Source: Batkoa obscura | Taxonomy: Eukaryota | DNA length: 64,000 bases | Assembly (NCBI GenBank): GCA_030770535.1 | Contig: JASVEC010000025.1 | Coordinates: forward strand, 682,001-746,000 | Reading direction: 5' to 3' | Shown: positions 13,048 through 24,886 of the stretch, one piece after another | How the letters are laid out: each line of letters opens with the position of its first letter | How positions within the stretch are numbered: the stretch's first letter is position 1 | Translations under genes and position numbers: made by a program | The notes under the pieces: model-generated | What the model was told of the DNA's origin: nothing | What the model saw: the letters and a program-made list of their open reading frames with translations, nothing else | Database searches by the model: none

Positions 13048-14165
13048 TTAAAATCGATTATTTGGATGACCATTTCTTAGTTTTCGATTTAAAAAACGAG
13101 GTCTTTCTCTTCTAGTGAAACCAGTAATATCAGGTTGATTAGCTGCAATTTGAAATCTATTAAATCTAGTAGGTGGACTTGGTGAATTAAGCGGTAAACT
13201 AGGTCTATTTCCCAGAACTCTATTTGAATTAGAAAAGTTGGGGGAAAGATTAATTGGATTAGTATAAATATTACTAATAGGTAAATTGGAAAATCTTGGT
13301 TGATTGGGAATAAAATTAGGTAATTTAAGGCTTCTACCATTACCGCCTAAAGGTCCTTTATTTACCTCCTTTTCTTTATCTTCAGTAATTGCAAATGGAT
13401 CTCCATCAAGACTTTTTAAATTGCTTACTGTCTCACTATTCTCTTCATCTTTTTTCATATTATTAAAAGGATCAGATTCGGGTAACTTTGGAATTTTAGA
13501 ATCAAAGATATCATCTTCTAACAATTTTAAATTTTGTTTAAAAGCTTCTGATTTAGGTACTGTTGGTATTTCCAACTTTTTATCTTTTTCTTCCATTTCT
13601 TTTTGTTTTCGTTCCATTTCTTCTTTTTGTTTTTTTAATCTTTCTTTTTCTTCTTCTTCTCGAAGTTGTCGTTTCTTTTGTTCAGTAAATTTAGGTAACT
13701 TATTACCACATGTATTTTCACATTCTGATATACTATCAAATGGTACACAGCCTGCACAACCACCATAGATGTTCACTTTGCACTCTCTATATTTTAAATC
13801 ATAATAATAACCTGGGATAGCTGCTCTACAATAACCTGTTTCTAGTTTAACATAACAGTTTAAATCTCTAGATATTCCGATCAAATAAATTATTGATTAT
13901 TTTTATAAAATGTAGAAATTAGTCTATGCTTTTATAAAATAGATATATTAAATTACAAGGATTTTTCTAAGGTAGTGGCATTATTTGGTATCTCTCCATG
14001 ACAATGTTGTACATTCACTTTAGGTCCTTGAACACTAGTATTAATAGCTATTGTTACTAAATTTGTTGATGATGTTAAAAATTACCTTTTAGGCTCATTT
14101 CTTTTTGATAAGGTTATGGCCAGCATAAAGTTAAGAAAACAAGTCGAAGTGATAAATAATTTCAT
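13048..14165 (-). CDS. Secreted Kunitz/BPTI-type serine protease inhibitor with charged and Pro/Asn-rich tail (3 exons)
   Basis: Signal peptide MKLFITSTCFLNFMLAITLS; domain CYVKLETGYCRAAIPGYYYD...CKVNIYGGCAGCVPFDSISECENTC, P1 = Arg. Confidence 0.85.
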
Positions 14166-14714
14166 TATTATCCAATTGTATTTTTAATTATGATAGTAAC
14201 AAACAATAAAATATAATAACAAATGTAAAAATAAAAGGTTTCTATCATCATGTTTTATAGTTTATTATAATTGTTGAATTTTTTTTGAATTTGGATCTTC
14301 AATGATAGCCAAATATTTTCTTTTTAAAGCTAAATAGGTGAGTGCTTTTTTATTAGCCTCATTTAATTAAGCTAGTTAAAGTGTCGAATTTCAAGTGAGA
14401 TTTAATACTTAAGTTGACTTTTTACTAATATATTAGTATTTCATTTACACAATCAGTTACATTAAAAACTCACAGGCTATAGCTTAAAAAAAATTATTTC
14501 TTTATTCTATTATCTTGTTATTTATCGCTTCTGTTTTCTTTTCTTTGAATTTCTTTGCATTAATAAACATCTAAGAGTTTTTGGTTATCAAGCGATTTTT
14601 TGAGAAAAATTTTAACACTGATTTTTCCTCTTAGTAACACTTAAACATAGGCAAATAAATAAACCCAAAAAGATATTTCCCATTTTCTAATTCTATTAGA
14701 GCTGTTGAAATTGA

Positions 14715-14880
14715 AATGTACAATATTTCACTTTGATTTACTTTCAACATGGATTAAACATTTTCAATTTTATGTTTTCTGATTTTTTCATATTGATATT
14801 TTCGATTTTTTTAATTACTAAATACAAATGAAACTACCTAATCCATGTTGAAAGCAAATTGGGCTAAAACATTATATATT
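14715..14880. repeat. ~42 bp imperfect inverted repeat with 16 bp perfect core (possible second MITE-like element)
   Basis: CTTTCAACATGGATTA (14741-14756) versus TAATCCATGTTGAAAG (14839-14854), with further imperfect pairing outward. Confidence 0.55.
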
Positions 14881-15236
14881 ATAACGTAAACAGTTATACT
14901 CACAAAGATCAGTCATTTGTGTATTAAAATTAGTATCGAAATTTTAAATATTTAGTCAAAACTTCAGAGTTAACTTGGAGGCTCTTAATTTTTATTTGGA
15001 ATAAAATTTAACATAAGTAGAAAAGTCCTTTTAGTTTAGTAAATGGTCAATTCCAATATCAAAGGCTTAATAGGCTCTCAAAGTGTCTTAATGCATTTAA
15101 TCCCATCTTTATTCTTACTGATACAATAATTGTACATTAGGCGCCCAAATTTCCAAAAAAAAGTAATAGCTAACTATTAGCTAAAGGATCTTTGAATATT
15201 GATAAATAAAACTTATTGAATATCATTATGAGGAGT

Positions 15237-16135
15237 TTATTTAGTATAACCAGAAAGGAGCTCTTCAGTAAAGCTACACACAAATCCAGTATAAAGTTGG
15301 TTAGCATGACGATAAAGGAAAGGTTGAGCTCCAAAATTATATTTTATACTAACACCTTCACCAAAGTCAATAGTAGGGAATGGTTCATATGATTGATATT
15401 CAAATTTACATAAAACATTCCCATTATAAGTAAATGTTACCATATCTGACGGTATATCATAAAAGCAGCCTAGAATATCACCTTCTTTAATCTTTGAAGT
15501 AAACATGGTTTTATATTCTTCTTGATCAGAATATATACCATAAAGTTTATTTGATAGAAATGTAAAAGATTCTATTTAAATTAATAAATCCCTCAAATTA
15601 TATTATATGTATTACCAGGAAGATATTTAGTAGAGCTTTTATCTGCATACCCAAGTAAAAAGAAAGAACCATCTGGAAAATCAACTAACTCAATTTCATA
15701 ATAAAGACAATCTCCCATTAAAGGTTTATGTTTTGCTTGAAGTGTACAATCTTTATTAAAGTATATATAGTTATTCTTTTTTAATGTAATTTTATGAGTT
15801 TCTCCAGTACATACTTTAAATCTATTATAAACCACACTTGATTTATCTTCTATCCTTATTTCATTTAGTTCTGCTAAACCAGTATTCTCTTCAAGTTGTA
15901 CTTTAGCGCTTTTATCGGTAATATTATCATCTGTTTCTTTTCCAATATTTATATCTGAAATTAAATTAATAAAATAATCGATAATAACATATAGGTAGAA
16001 AATAACAATGATTGGAAAGAGCAATATGATAGAAATTATATAAAGGCTAGTATCATAAGAATCAGGTATAGGCTCAATAATAGAATCAGTAGTGTTGTCA
16101 GATGCAGAATCAGATACAGACTCAAAGGTAACCAT
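15237..16135 (-). CDS. TM + SPRY domain protein, Ssh4/Ear1-like paralog 1 (intron ~15572-15615)
   Basis: N-terminal TM; LYYEIEL...LGYA...LPG and GDILGCFYD...VTFTYNG...FPTI...YNFGAQPFLY SPRY motifs. Confidence 0.85.
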
Positions 16136-16450
16136 TTCAAAAGTTATTTTCCTTAAAACATGATTTTATCCTTTTTATATCTTTTGTTTTGAAGTTTTTA
16201 CAATAAATTGGTTACTTAATTTACACTTTCATCTGTTCATGTTGCTTTTTTTATCAAAATTTTAAGAATATTATGTTATTTGATGTTCTACTAAGGTGTT
16301 TAAAACTTATGTTTAAATCACTCCTTTCTAGAACTATAAAATCCACAAAGTAGGTGCTAATTTTAAGTTAAGTCCAACTAAATTGGTGTGATTATATAGC
16401 TTTATAAACTATGAATTAAATAAAAGAAATGAACGATTGTTTTCAATATT

Positions 16451-16551
16451 GGGGGTGTTTTTTTTTTTTGGCTTCATCACTTTTTACATCTTTTAAGCGC
16501 TATCTGATTGGAAAAGTTGTTAGTAAAATTCTTAAATAAAAATACATCCCC
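16451..16551 (-). mobile_element. MITE copy
   Basis: GGGGGTGTTTT...AATACATCCCC, full length, reverse orientation. Confidence 0.9.
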
Positions 16552-16806
16552 ATATATTAAAAATTCTAATAGTATTCTATTAATATTACTTTTAAGTTAC
16601 CCCATTTTAGAATTTCAGCTTAATGAAACTGAGCAACTTTGTAACTTTTTTAATAAGTATTATAATACCTGATATAAAAATGCTGTTATTCATATTCCTT
16701 TCAAATGCTTAACGTTTTATAATAATTTATAAATATAGTATATTTGACATTTTAAAAAAAGGTTAAAAGTAATAAGTATTTACAAATTTAGTAAACGATA
16801 GCTCGT

Positions 16807-18459
16807 TTATTTTGAGATTTGTAATAAAGAAGGAGCTAAGGCAATACCACTTTTAGTGAAGGCTTCAATTACATCCATAACTTTTAAATTGATAGAAATT
16901 ACTTCTAAAAATTGATAATAAGATTGATTCTTTATCAATTGTTGTTTCATTTTATCCTTAATTAAATCTATATCACTACATTTAATAATGGAATTATAAC
17001 GTATAACAAAAAATAAAGATTGAGAGATTAAAGGAATTAACCATAAAGAATAGAAAGGAATAGGTAGCTTTAAGGCATAAGCTAAAGTTAATTTGCATTG
17101 TAATAAAGTAAATTTAATAAGATTGAAATTTAACTTAGTAAATGTATAAAAGTAACTAGAATATAAAACAAATTTGAAGTAATAATAATAAAATAGTAAT
17201 AAATTGAGGAAATTTTGATAATAACAACTACTCTTTATATTATTATGATTCATTGACATGATATATTTTTTAGTTAAATTGTTCAATTTATTGATGTAAA
17301 ATTGAGTTTTAAGATGATAATTTTGTTCAGTTATTTTTTGATTAATGAAATGTTGATTTGATAATTTTATGTTGTATATTATTATAGATAATTCAAGTAA
17401 ATAGTCACTAACTAACAATTGTATTAAAAATAATGGATCTGTATACATGTTAAATATCGAGTATAATGATTGTTTAAATCTAAATGGTAGCAAATAAGTA
17501 TAGTTACTAGTTATAAATAAATGGGCTGAAGTATAAGATAAAAAATTATAACACAATCTCCTTTCAATAAATAAACTGCTATTATTTGTGTCATAATTTT
17601 TGTTTAATCCTAATAATGTCGCAAACCTTTGCAATAATAATATAGTTGAAAACCTTAACTGGTACACCCATGCCAAATGATTTAAATGAGTTAATGTTAA
17701 TAATAATGCTTGTATATTGACTATATTTGGTTTTATTTGATTTAAATTTTTATAATGTGAATAGATCTCATTCTCCAATTTTTTTAGATAATTTATTAAA
17801 CTATTATTACTATCATTTATATTACTATTACTATTATTAATATACCAACTTAATCCTGATAATACAATTATCTTCTTTAAAATTAGACTACGTGCATCAA
17901 AAGTCATACTTAAATTATGAAATATGTTAAAGCAAAAGCAATTATAATTTAAAAAAGAATTCAATCCTAATGTTATCCACTGCTCATTAAAACTAAAATT
18001 GAAATATGTTATAACTATTTCCTTCTTTTTGTATAAAAATAATTGAAATTTCTGTATTAATGATAACAAAAATTCAATCCCTTGATGCTTCAATTTATAT
18101 GGCGTTGGATATTGTATACTTGTTGTCAGATTCTCTAACATATACTTTTTGGGAAACTTAAGTATCAACTTTGCAACATAATTTCTATCATAATTCATTT
18201 CTTTCGTTACTTTATATTCATTACATATTGTGTAGATTAAATCCATATTATCTAAGCTACCCTTGCTACTATTTACACTTTCACTCTTATCTTTCTTTTT
18301 ATACTTTCCTCTTTTACTCCTTATATCATATTTACACGCTGTTCCTCTTATTGTACATAAGTTACATTTTGGGTACTTTTTATCACACTCCGTCTCTTTC
18401 TTTTTACAGGACCGACATGCATCTTTTATCACAGGGAATTTCAAAAAACTGACATCCAT
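16807..18459 (-). CDS. Zn(II)2Cys6 transcription factor, intronless
   Basis: ACRSCKKKETECDKKYPKCNLCTIRGTAC; ATLLGLN...IERRLC middle region. Confidence 0.9.
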   Translation of the reverse strand: MDVSFLKFPVIKDACRSCKKKETECDKKYPKCNLCTIRGTACKYDIRSKRGKYKKKDKSESVNSSKGSLDNMDLIYTICNEYKVTKEMNYDRNYVAKLILKFPKKYMLENLTTSIQYPTPYKLKHQGIEFLLSLIQKFQLFLYKKKEIVITYFNFSFNEQWITLGLNSFLNYNCFCFNIFHNLSMTFDARSLILKKIIVLSGLSWYINNSNSNINDSNNSLINYLKKLENEIYSHYKNLNQIKPNIVNIQALLLTLTHLNHLAWVYQLRFSTILLLQRFATLLGLNKNYDTNNSSLFIERRLCYNFLSYTSAHLFITSNYTYLLPFRFKQSLYSIFNMYTDPLFLIQLLVSDYLLELSIIIYNIKLSNQHFINQKITEQNYHLKTQFYINKLNNLTKKYIMSMNHNNIKSSCYYQNFLNLLLFYYYYFKFVLYSSYFYTFTKLNFNLIKFTLLQCKLTLAYALKLPIPFYSLWLIPLISQSLFFVIRYNSIIKCSDIDLIKDKMKQQLIKNQSYYQFLEVISINLKVMDVIEAFTKSGIALAPSLLQISK

Positions 18460-19439
18460 TATATTACTAACTGTTCCTATTTTTAAGCCTACCCCTAATG
18501 CTTTTTTCGCTACTATTTAAAGGTTTAAAGTTGTGTACAAAAGTTTAAAAAAACAAATAATTCTTTTCCGGTTTTTTTTCTTTTTATGCTTGCTTAATAA
18601 CAACTAAAAAAATTTAATTTATTAATAACAACCAAATTATTCTGCTCAAATTAAAAATCAACCAATCGAGTAGCTTAAGAATAAAATATTTTGAACTTTT
18701 TGTCGCTTTTTTGATTTAAGGTTATTTTTTGTTCCCAGAAATTTAACTAAATATTGCAAAATTTATGATAAAATCGAAACTATTACCAGTTTGTGAAAAA
18801 AGTTAAAAATAGTATATTTTTATTAATATTTCAATAAGAATGGTTATAGTAGGATATTAACCATTGCTTTAATATAAGAAATTACTTTAATGCCCCTGAT
18901 TTAATACTCTCTATATTATTTAAAATCAAGTAGACTATACATATGAATATGATTATATCTAACAGCGTCTTACACGTGATTTAGTATGTATATATGGAAG
19001 CTTTAAGAGATAACGAAAAGTTTTAGCATAGTATGTAAAATTAAATTTTGCACTTAAGCAGGGCGGAATACAATTGTAAAATTATATGATTAGCTTTTTC
19101 TTAATATCTTTTTAGTATGGACAACTATCTCGATTTTATGCTATATGCATAAATGTTGATGAAGCTGTCTCACAACACTTGTTGAACATAAGATTATAAA
19201 TACTATTTACCATGTTGCAGCTAAACCAATACAAGTAATTCTACAAAAAATTAAATGATATACAATAGAAAAAATACTTGATAAATAAAAAACAGCTAAA
19301 AGTTGGAAGTGCTGTATACTAAACCAAACTATAATAAAATTTAAAAATTAATTTCTAAATGATTTAATAAATAAAGAGAAGAGGGGATGGTGTTAATAAT
19401 GTATACGGATAGAAAAGGATTTAGTAGAGCGCAGCTATA

Positions 19440-19928
19440 CTATTTTTCAGCAATAAAAAATGTGTAATCGATAGGTTCCAGCTGTATGAAGTTTATACTA
19501 TCATCATCGTCACTCATGCTATTTTTTGCGCTATCGATGTATACAGTATTATTTTTATTTATAATGTTATGATTAGCTATGTTGCCATTTAAATTATTAT
19601 CATTGATACAATTCAAGTTCTTCAGATAAAGTATTGAATTTAAACTTGTAAAATTGGAATGAATATCGCCATTAATGTTAACCATGGTGTCTGATGAAAT
19701 AGATACAGTAGAAAAGCGATGAGATTGACAATCGGTATTAAAATGATTATTTTTATTCATTAGTACCACATTATTCGCTGATAAAGCGGAGTTTCGCCTT
19801 TTATGAGTGATATTGCCATTAAAAATATTACTCTTCTTTTTGTTGCTAAACTTCTTCTTGCTACTTTGTCTTGATAGCCAATTTTCAAATAATATAGTTA
19901 AACTATCGAAAATTCCTAAGCTACTCAT
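19440..19928 (-). CDS. Hypothetical protein (Asn/Ser-rich)
   Basis: 162-aa ATG ORF in a very AT-rich background, with basic patch and RRNS motif; no family recognised. Confidence 0.5.
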   Translation of the reverse strand: MSSLGIFDSLTILFENWLSRQSSKKKFSNKKKSNIFNGNITHKRRNSALSANNVVLMNKNNHFNTDCQSHRFSTVSISSDTMVNINGDIHSNFTSLNSILYLKNLNCINDNNLNGNIANHNIINKNNTVYIDSAKNSMSDDDDSINFIQLEPIDYTFFIAEK

Positions 19929-20807
19929 AATTGTTATTTAGTTTATATATATTTAAAATAATTTTGTACTTTATACTTTTTTAGCTTATTTATATTTTTT
20001 AGTTTATTACGTAGATTAATAAAATCATATCTAAGTAATTATTAGAATTAAAAGTCAAAAGTGAGTGGAAATAAACCCAGACCAAATGTTTAAGGTTAAA
20101 AATAAAAAAGCTATAAATATTTACCTATCTTTATTCTTCACAAAAAGAACTTAGTGAAAATGATTTTATACCAATTAAATTTTATCTGTACGTTATTTTT
20201 TCTTTTCATTAGTTTATTTAAATTTATTTTTTTATACACTCCCGCGTCATAATTTTTTTTTGTCTTTTGAATCTAATCATGACATTTATGCTAAAAGTCT
20301 GGTCTCAAATTAAACATTATGCTTATATGATCTTATGGTCATTTTCATATTCAGTCCTGAATAAATAGATTGGTTTATAATACATTTTAACTCAAAATGG
20401 GTATTATATAATAAAAGAATCATAATTAATTAATGGAAAACAATTGAAATATAGAAAAATAGGCTAAGAATGAGATCATACTAAAATTTTAAAGTCAGTA
20501 GCATTAATTTAATATTTGTATATTTGAATATTAAATAGCCCAACTTGTTTATTTCATTTTCTATTTTATTTAATCTAGATTATACTATACTTAACAATAC
20601 ACTCATTGGTATTTAATTATGTATTATAAAAATTCGCTTGTTTTAGATTTAAAGGTTGTAATTTTAGATGGTTAAGTATTTTTTGTTTTATTTTTGATGG
20701 GTTTTAAGCTGAATTTTAACTTACACACAATGTGGCAGGTGAAAAATTCAAGAAAATTTAAATGTTTTATGTAAAACATAAAAATACTGATGCTTACAAA
20801 AAGAACT

Positions 20808-20900
20808 GGTGATGTTTTTGTTTAGAATTTTTCTGATAAATTCTCCGACTTCTTTTCGCATAAAAAATGGACAATGGAATGAAACCGAAAAAAGCACTCT
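20808..20900 (+). mobile_element. Old, diverged MITE copy immediately upstream of PUS4
   Basis: GGTGATGTTTTTGTTTAGAATTTT...CGCATAAAAAATGG...AATGAAACCGAAAAAAGCACTCT is co-linear with the MITE consensus. Confidence 0.6.
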
Positions 20901-20931
20901 TGACTGCTTTTAAACCAATTTAAAAAATAGA

Positions 20932-21886
20932 ATGATGATAATGAAACAATATAATAATAAGCGATTACTGAATGGAATAATAGGAGTGAATAAACCAAGT
21001 GGAATAAGTTCTTTTGATGTTATAAAATATATGCAAAATATATTATATCACTATTACAATGATTTAGACTATAACTTAATTTCACTACCTACTGAAGTAG
21101 GAAAATATAAAGGAAACTCCAAATTACCTTATAGAAGAGTAGGCCATGGTGGTACTTTAGATCCATTAGCTGAAGGTGTAATGGGTATTTGATTTTTATT
21201 ATTAATTAGATAAAAATTAATTTGTTTTAGTGATTGCCACTGGAGACTCTACAAAATCATTAAACAACTATTTAAATGGAAGCAAGGTAAATTATCTTAT
21301 AGAAATTCTAATATAGATAAATATAATGATAGTTGATAGGAATATATAGTCCAAGCGAGATTAGGCATAACAACGGATACTATGGATAGCACCGGAAAAA
21401 TAATAGATAGAAAGGACGAATTGAATATAGAAAAAGAGCAAATATTAAATTTATTATCTAAATTTGTTGGCACCTATGAACAAAAACCACCGTTGTAAGC
21501 ATTTGTTTTTTACAATATTATAGATATAATTATAACTTAATTACCAAAGATTTAGTGCAATTAGAGTGAATGGGAAAAGATTGTATGCATTAGCAAGAGA
21601 TGGGACTAGAAATGAGATGATTGATATCAAATCAAGATTAGTAACATGTAATTCTATAGAATATATAAATAATATAGACAGTACAACGGTTGAATTAAAA
21701 GTGAATTGTGAAAAAGGGTTTTATATCCGATCTTTAATTAATGATTTAGGGGACTTACTAGGTAGTGGAGCACACGTAACCAAATTAATACGTATTCAAC
21801 AAGGTTCGTTTAAATTAAATCAATGCCATAATTTAAATGAAATTGAGAATATACTAAAAGCAATTCAAAGTAATAAAAATAATTAA
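20932..21886 (+). CDS. PUS4: tRNA pseudouridine-55 synthase (TruB/Pus4), 4 exons
   Basis: NKPSGISSFDV, VGHGGTLDPLAEGV, KEY....LG..TDTMD.TG, QKPP.FSAI.VNGKRLY.LAR.G, CEKGFYIRSL..DLG motifs across GT..AG introns. Confidence 0.92.
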
Positions 21887-21890
21887 CTTT

Positions 21891-22825
21891 TTAATGTTCT
21901 TTTATTCTTTTGCTCTTTTTGCTTTTCTTTTTTCTTTTTGTATCTTTTTTATCTAACTCTTCAGACTCGGATGATGAAGCAATATTGTGATTAGGGACGT
22001 TTACTAAATAAATGTAAATAAATATAAAAAACAATAAAATCATATTACTAGCAATAAACTCTGGTAAGCATAACTTTAACTCCCCACAATGCTGAATAAA
22101 TAAATGACTGAGTGGCTCTTCTTTACTATTTACTTTGATGCTTTCTATTTTATTTAATATTTCCATCCCGAATACTATCTTGCCAACAACAATATTTCGA
22201 TTATCTAAATGAGGTGTTGGTCTTAAAGTTAACGTTAAGTAGCTTTTATTTATTGAACTAGCTTCCTTGGGTGAAAAGGATAATAAACCAGGGGTATCAT
22301 GTAGTTGTTGAAAATACCCTCCTATTTATATAAAATATTAGTAAACAATCAAAAATAAAGATAAAGGTATTACTTTGAATCATTTCTTCTTCAGATAATT
22401 GAATAATCTCTTCATTGATTTCAATTTTTATACCCATCCCCTTTATGATTTGACTTATTGAACTGTTCTTCAAATTAAGTGTAGTACCACTTTGTTTACC
22501 TATTCCTCTTTCTCCTAAATTTGCGTTACTTCTATTAAGTATTAGTATTGTATGTTTTTTTACCTGTAAATAAGCATCGAATATCTTCGGCAATAACTGA
22601 TACTTTATTCAAATATAATTCAATCACTATTCTAAATATACGTCAAATCAAAATATTACATTACTTGTTACCATTATTACCTTCCTACTTAGAAAGTTAG
22701 TGTTAAATGCTATCTTTATTCTTATTTTTATCAAACTTACATTTATCCTCGTCTTCTAAAACATCTATGAATACCCTTGGATTTAACTTTAATTGATCTT
22801 CCTGACCTCTCCTTATTAGTACCAT
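21891..22825 (-). CDS. Divergent cyclophilin-type protein with basic C-terminal tail (multi-exon), probably catalytically inactive
   Basis: NPRVFIDV N-terminus; GERGIGKQSG; HDTPGLLS; PTPHLDNRNIVVGKIVFGMEILNKIE; ...IQHCGEL. Confidence 0.75.
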
Positions 22826-23415
22826 TTTGATATTTTGGTTTTATTAAAAAAAAAAAAAACTTTCAATGCCAACTTAGAAAAAGCGCCCAAATTTTGCTTT
22901 GAAATTGCAAAATTCTAAATTATTCTTAGACATTTACTTTGCCATAATTAGCAATTTCACTGAAAAATTGCACTCCTTTGAAAAGGATTCTTTTCAAAAA
23001 GTTAATTTTCCAAAAAAATCAAAATTTCCAAAATGTGAGAATCGCAGCAACAATTATAATTATTTCACTTGATATGGAAGTCGTACTTTGTTTTGGTTTT
23101 TGATTAATCTTTTCTAGCTTTACGTTGCGTAAGAAATGGACACAGTACTGAAACTAAAAGAGATATTCATATGTTGTTAAAACTAGCTATTATTTACCTA
23201 AAATAGATTCTAAAAAATACTCCATCACCTTGATTTTAAACTTTAATAAAGGTAATTCTAAATTCAAATCTACCCAAGTTACTATAAATTAATATTATTA
23301 TTTTAATGATAGATATTAGAAGTAAGGAAGCAAGTAAATAGTTTATTAATTGAGCTCATAAATTTGAAACATTAAGTTATAAAATACATAAATAAAACTC
23401 AAAACTTAAAAAAGT

Positions 23416-24363
23416 ATGAATCACTGCTATACTATTCTCACAATCGTATTCACCACTGTTATAATGGGCATTACAATACCTTCAATAGCTATTTGTATGC
23501 CTCAACTTATTATTATGCATAAAAATTCGGTAAATATATGGCAAACTAATGATGAGATTTTAGATAATAGCATCAACCCAGAACTCAGAGGTAATAATAA
23601 CTTAACTCTTCTAAACGAAATAATAATAGAAAACAATAGTCAGATTGGGGCGAACCAAATAGTAGCAGAGAATAATTTAATTATAAATATTTACAAATTT
23701 AATATAAAGGCCAGAGGTGAAGACGAAATTACCATTTACGAGGCTAATAGCATACACTTTCATTAAAGCTGCACCATTCAGAGAAAATGTATGACTTTGA
23801 ATCTAAAATCTTTTTATTATGAAGTTAATTATTAGCTTTTACTGATGATTTTAAATTTTTATCGGGGTTTGCAAGTAAATCTAAAGTAAAGCTTTATGGT
23901 AATTTATGTATAAAATAACTTACCATAATTACTAATTAAAATAAGGTCATATGGGGATGTATTTTTTTGTTTAAGAATTTTACTAACAACCTTTCCGCTC
24001 AAATAGCGCTTAAAAAATGGAAAAAATAATGAAGCCAAAAAAACACCCCCATATGTGCTATTAAATAGCAAAATTCATGGTACAAACACAATCATAAAAA
24101 ACATACGAATACTTTTGTTCATAATATTAAAAGAGGGGATGATATATATTGTTGGGTAAAGTTACATTTACCTATAATAAAAGTGATTTGTGCTACTATG
24201 AGTTCGAAGCTCGATAAAGATTTCCCACTATATACATCACCAAAGGCACCTTGCTAAAATCTAATTTTGGAGATCAGCCTTTCCTCTATCTTCGTGGCAA
24301 TTAACTTAAACCTGGCTTAGAATATAACTATGTTCGAGGATCCCCTCATAATTATTACTCTAA
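23416..24363 (+). pseudogene. SPRY/Ssh4-like pseudogene (paralog 2), MITE-interrupted
   Basis: Aligns to 25493-26311; premature TAA at 23764-23766, frameshift after FYYEV, MITE at 23953-24050, further indels in exon 2 (..SNFGDQPFLY still recognisable). Confidence 0.8.
23953..24050 (+). mobile_element. MITE copy inserted in the SPRY pseudogene exon
   Basis: Full TIRs; ATAT duplicated at 23949-23952 and 24051-24054. Confidence 0.92.
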
Positions 24364-24886
24364 CTCTTTTAATACCTTTCGCTATATAGAAAGTTGTTGT
24401 AAATCTATAAAACAAGTTGCTTCTTGTATAATTATATGCAACTAATAAGGAAGGAAGTTCACATCTATGCTCAAAAATTGTATTGGTGGAAAAAAATAAA
24501 AAAGATAGATCAATGACTATAAGATTATTGTTGCCTTTTGAAACATAAGTTACTTTGTCAAAAGAACTTTAATACAAAAAGGATTCGTAAAAATTACAAA
24601 AAGTGACAGCGAATCATCTGGTTCTACTACCTACCGTTACTCTTTACTGGAATTCATCCAGCCCCTTACAATTGTGTTTGTACATTTATGAACACTGCTT
24701 TAGGCACATAATTTTAAACGTATATAAGCATTTTTTAAATTAACTTTGATAAATCCTACTATCCTTATATCAATAGGTTGCAATAAAATGAGAGTCAGTT
24801 TATAGTCAGTAAAAAGGTGATTAAATTGTTTTAAAGCTTAGTAAAATGCAATAATGTGAATTTTTAAATAATTTTTATCTTCATGT

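Noticed and set aside
13089..13768. Alternate-frame and antisense ORFs over the Kunitz gene (likewise 2091-2515, 18171-18520, 34620-34935, 43430-43660, 46818-47024, 53361-53676)
   Set aside because: Shadow ORFs of real genes, mostly with non-ATG starts.
12703..23766. In-frame TAA codons as evidence of a TAA=Gln alternative genetic code
   Set aside because: Well-conserved genes (COX17, PUS4, BPL1, SYS1, SEC62) end in TAA at the expected positions, and the interrupted loci also carry frameshifts.
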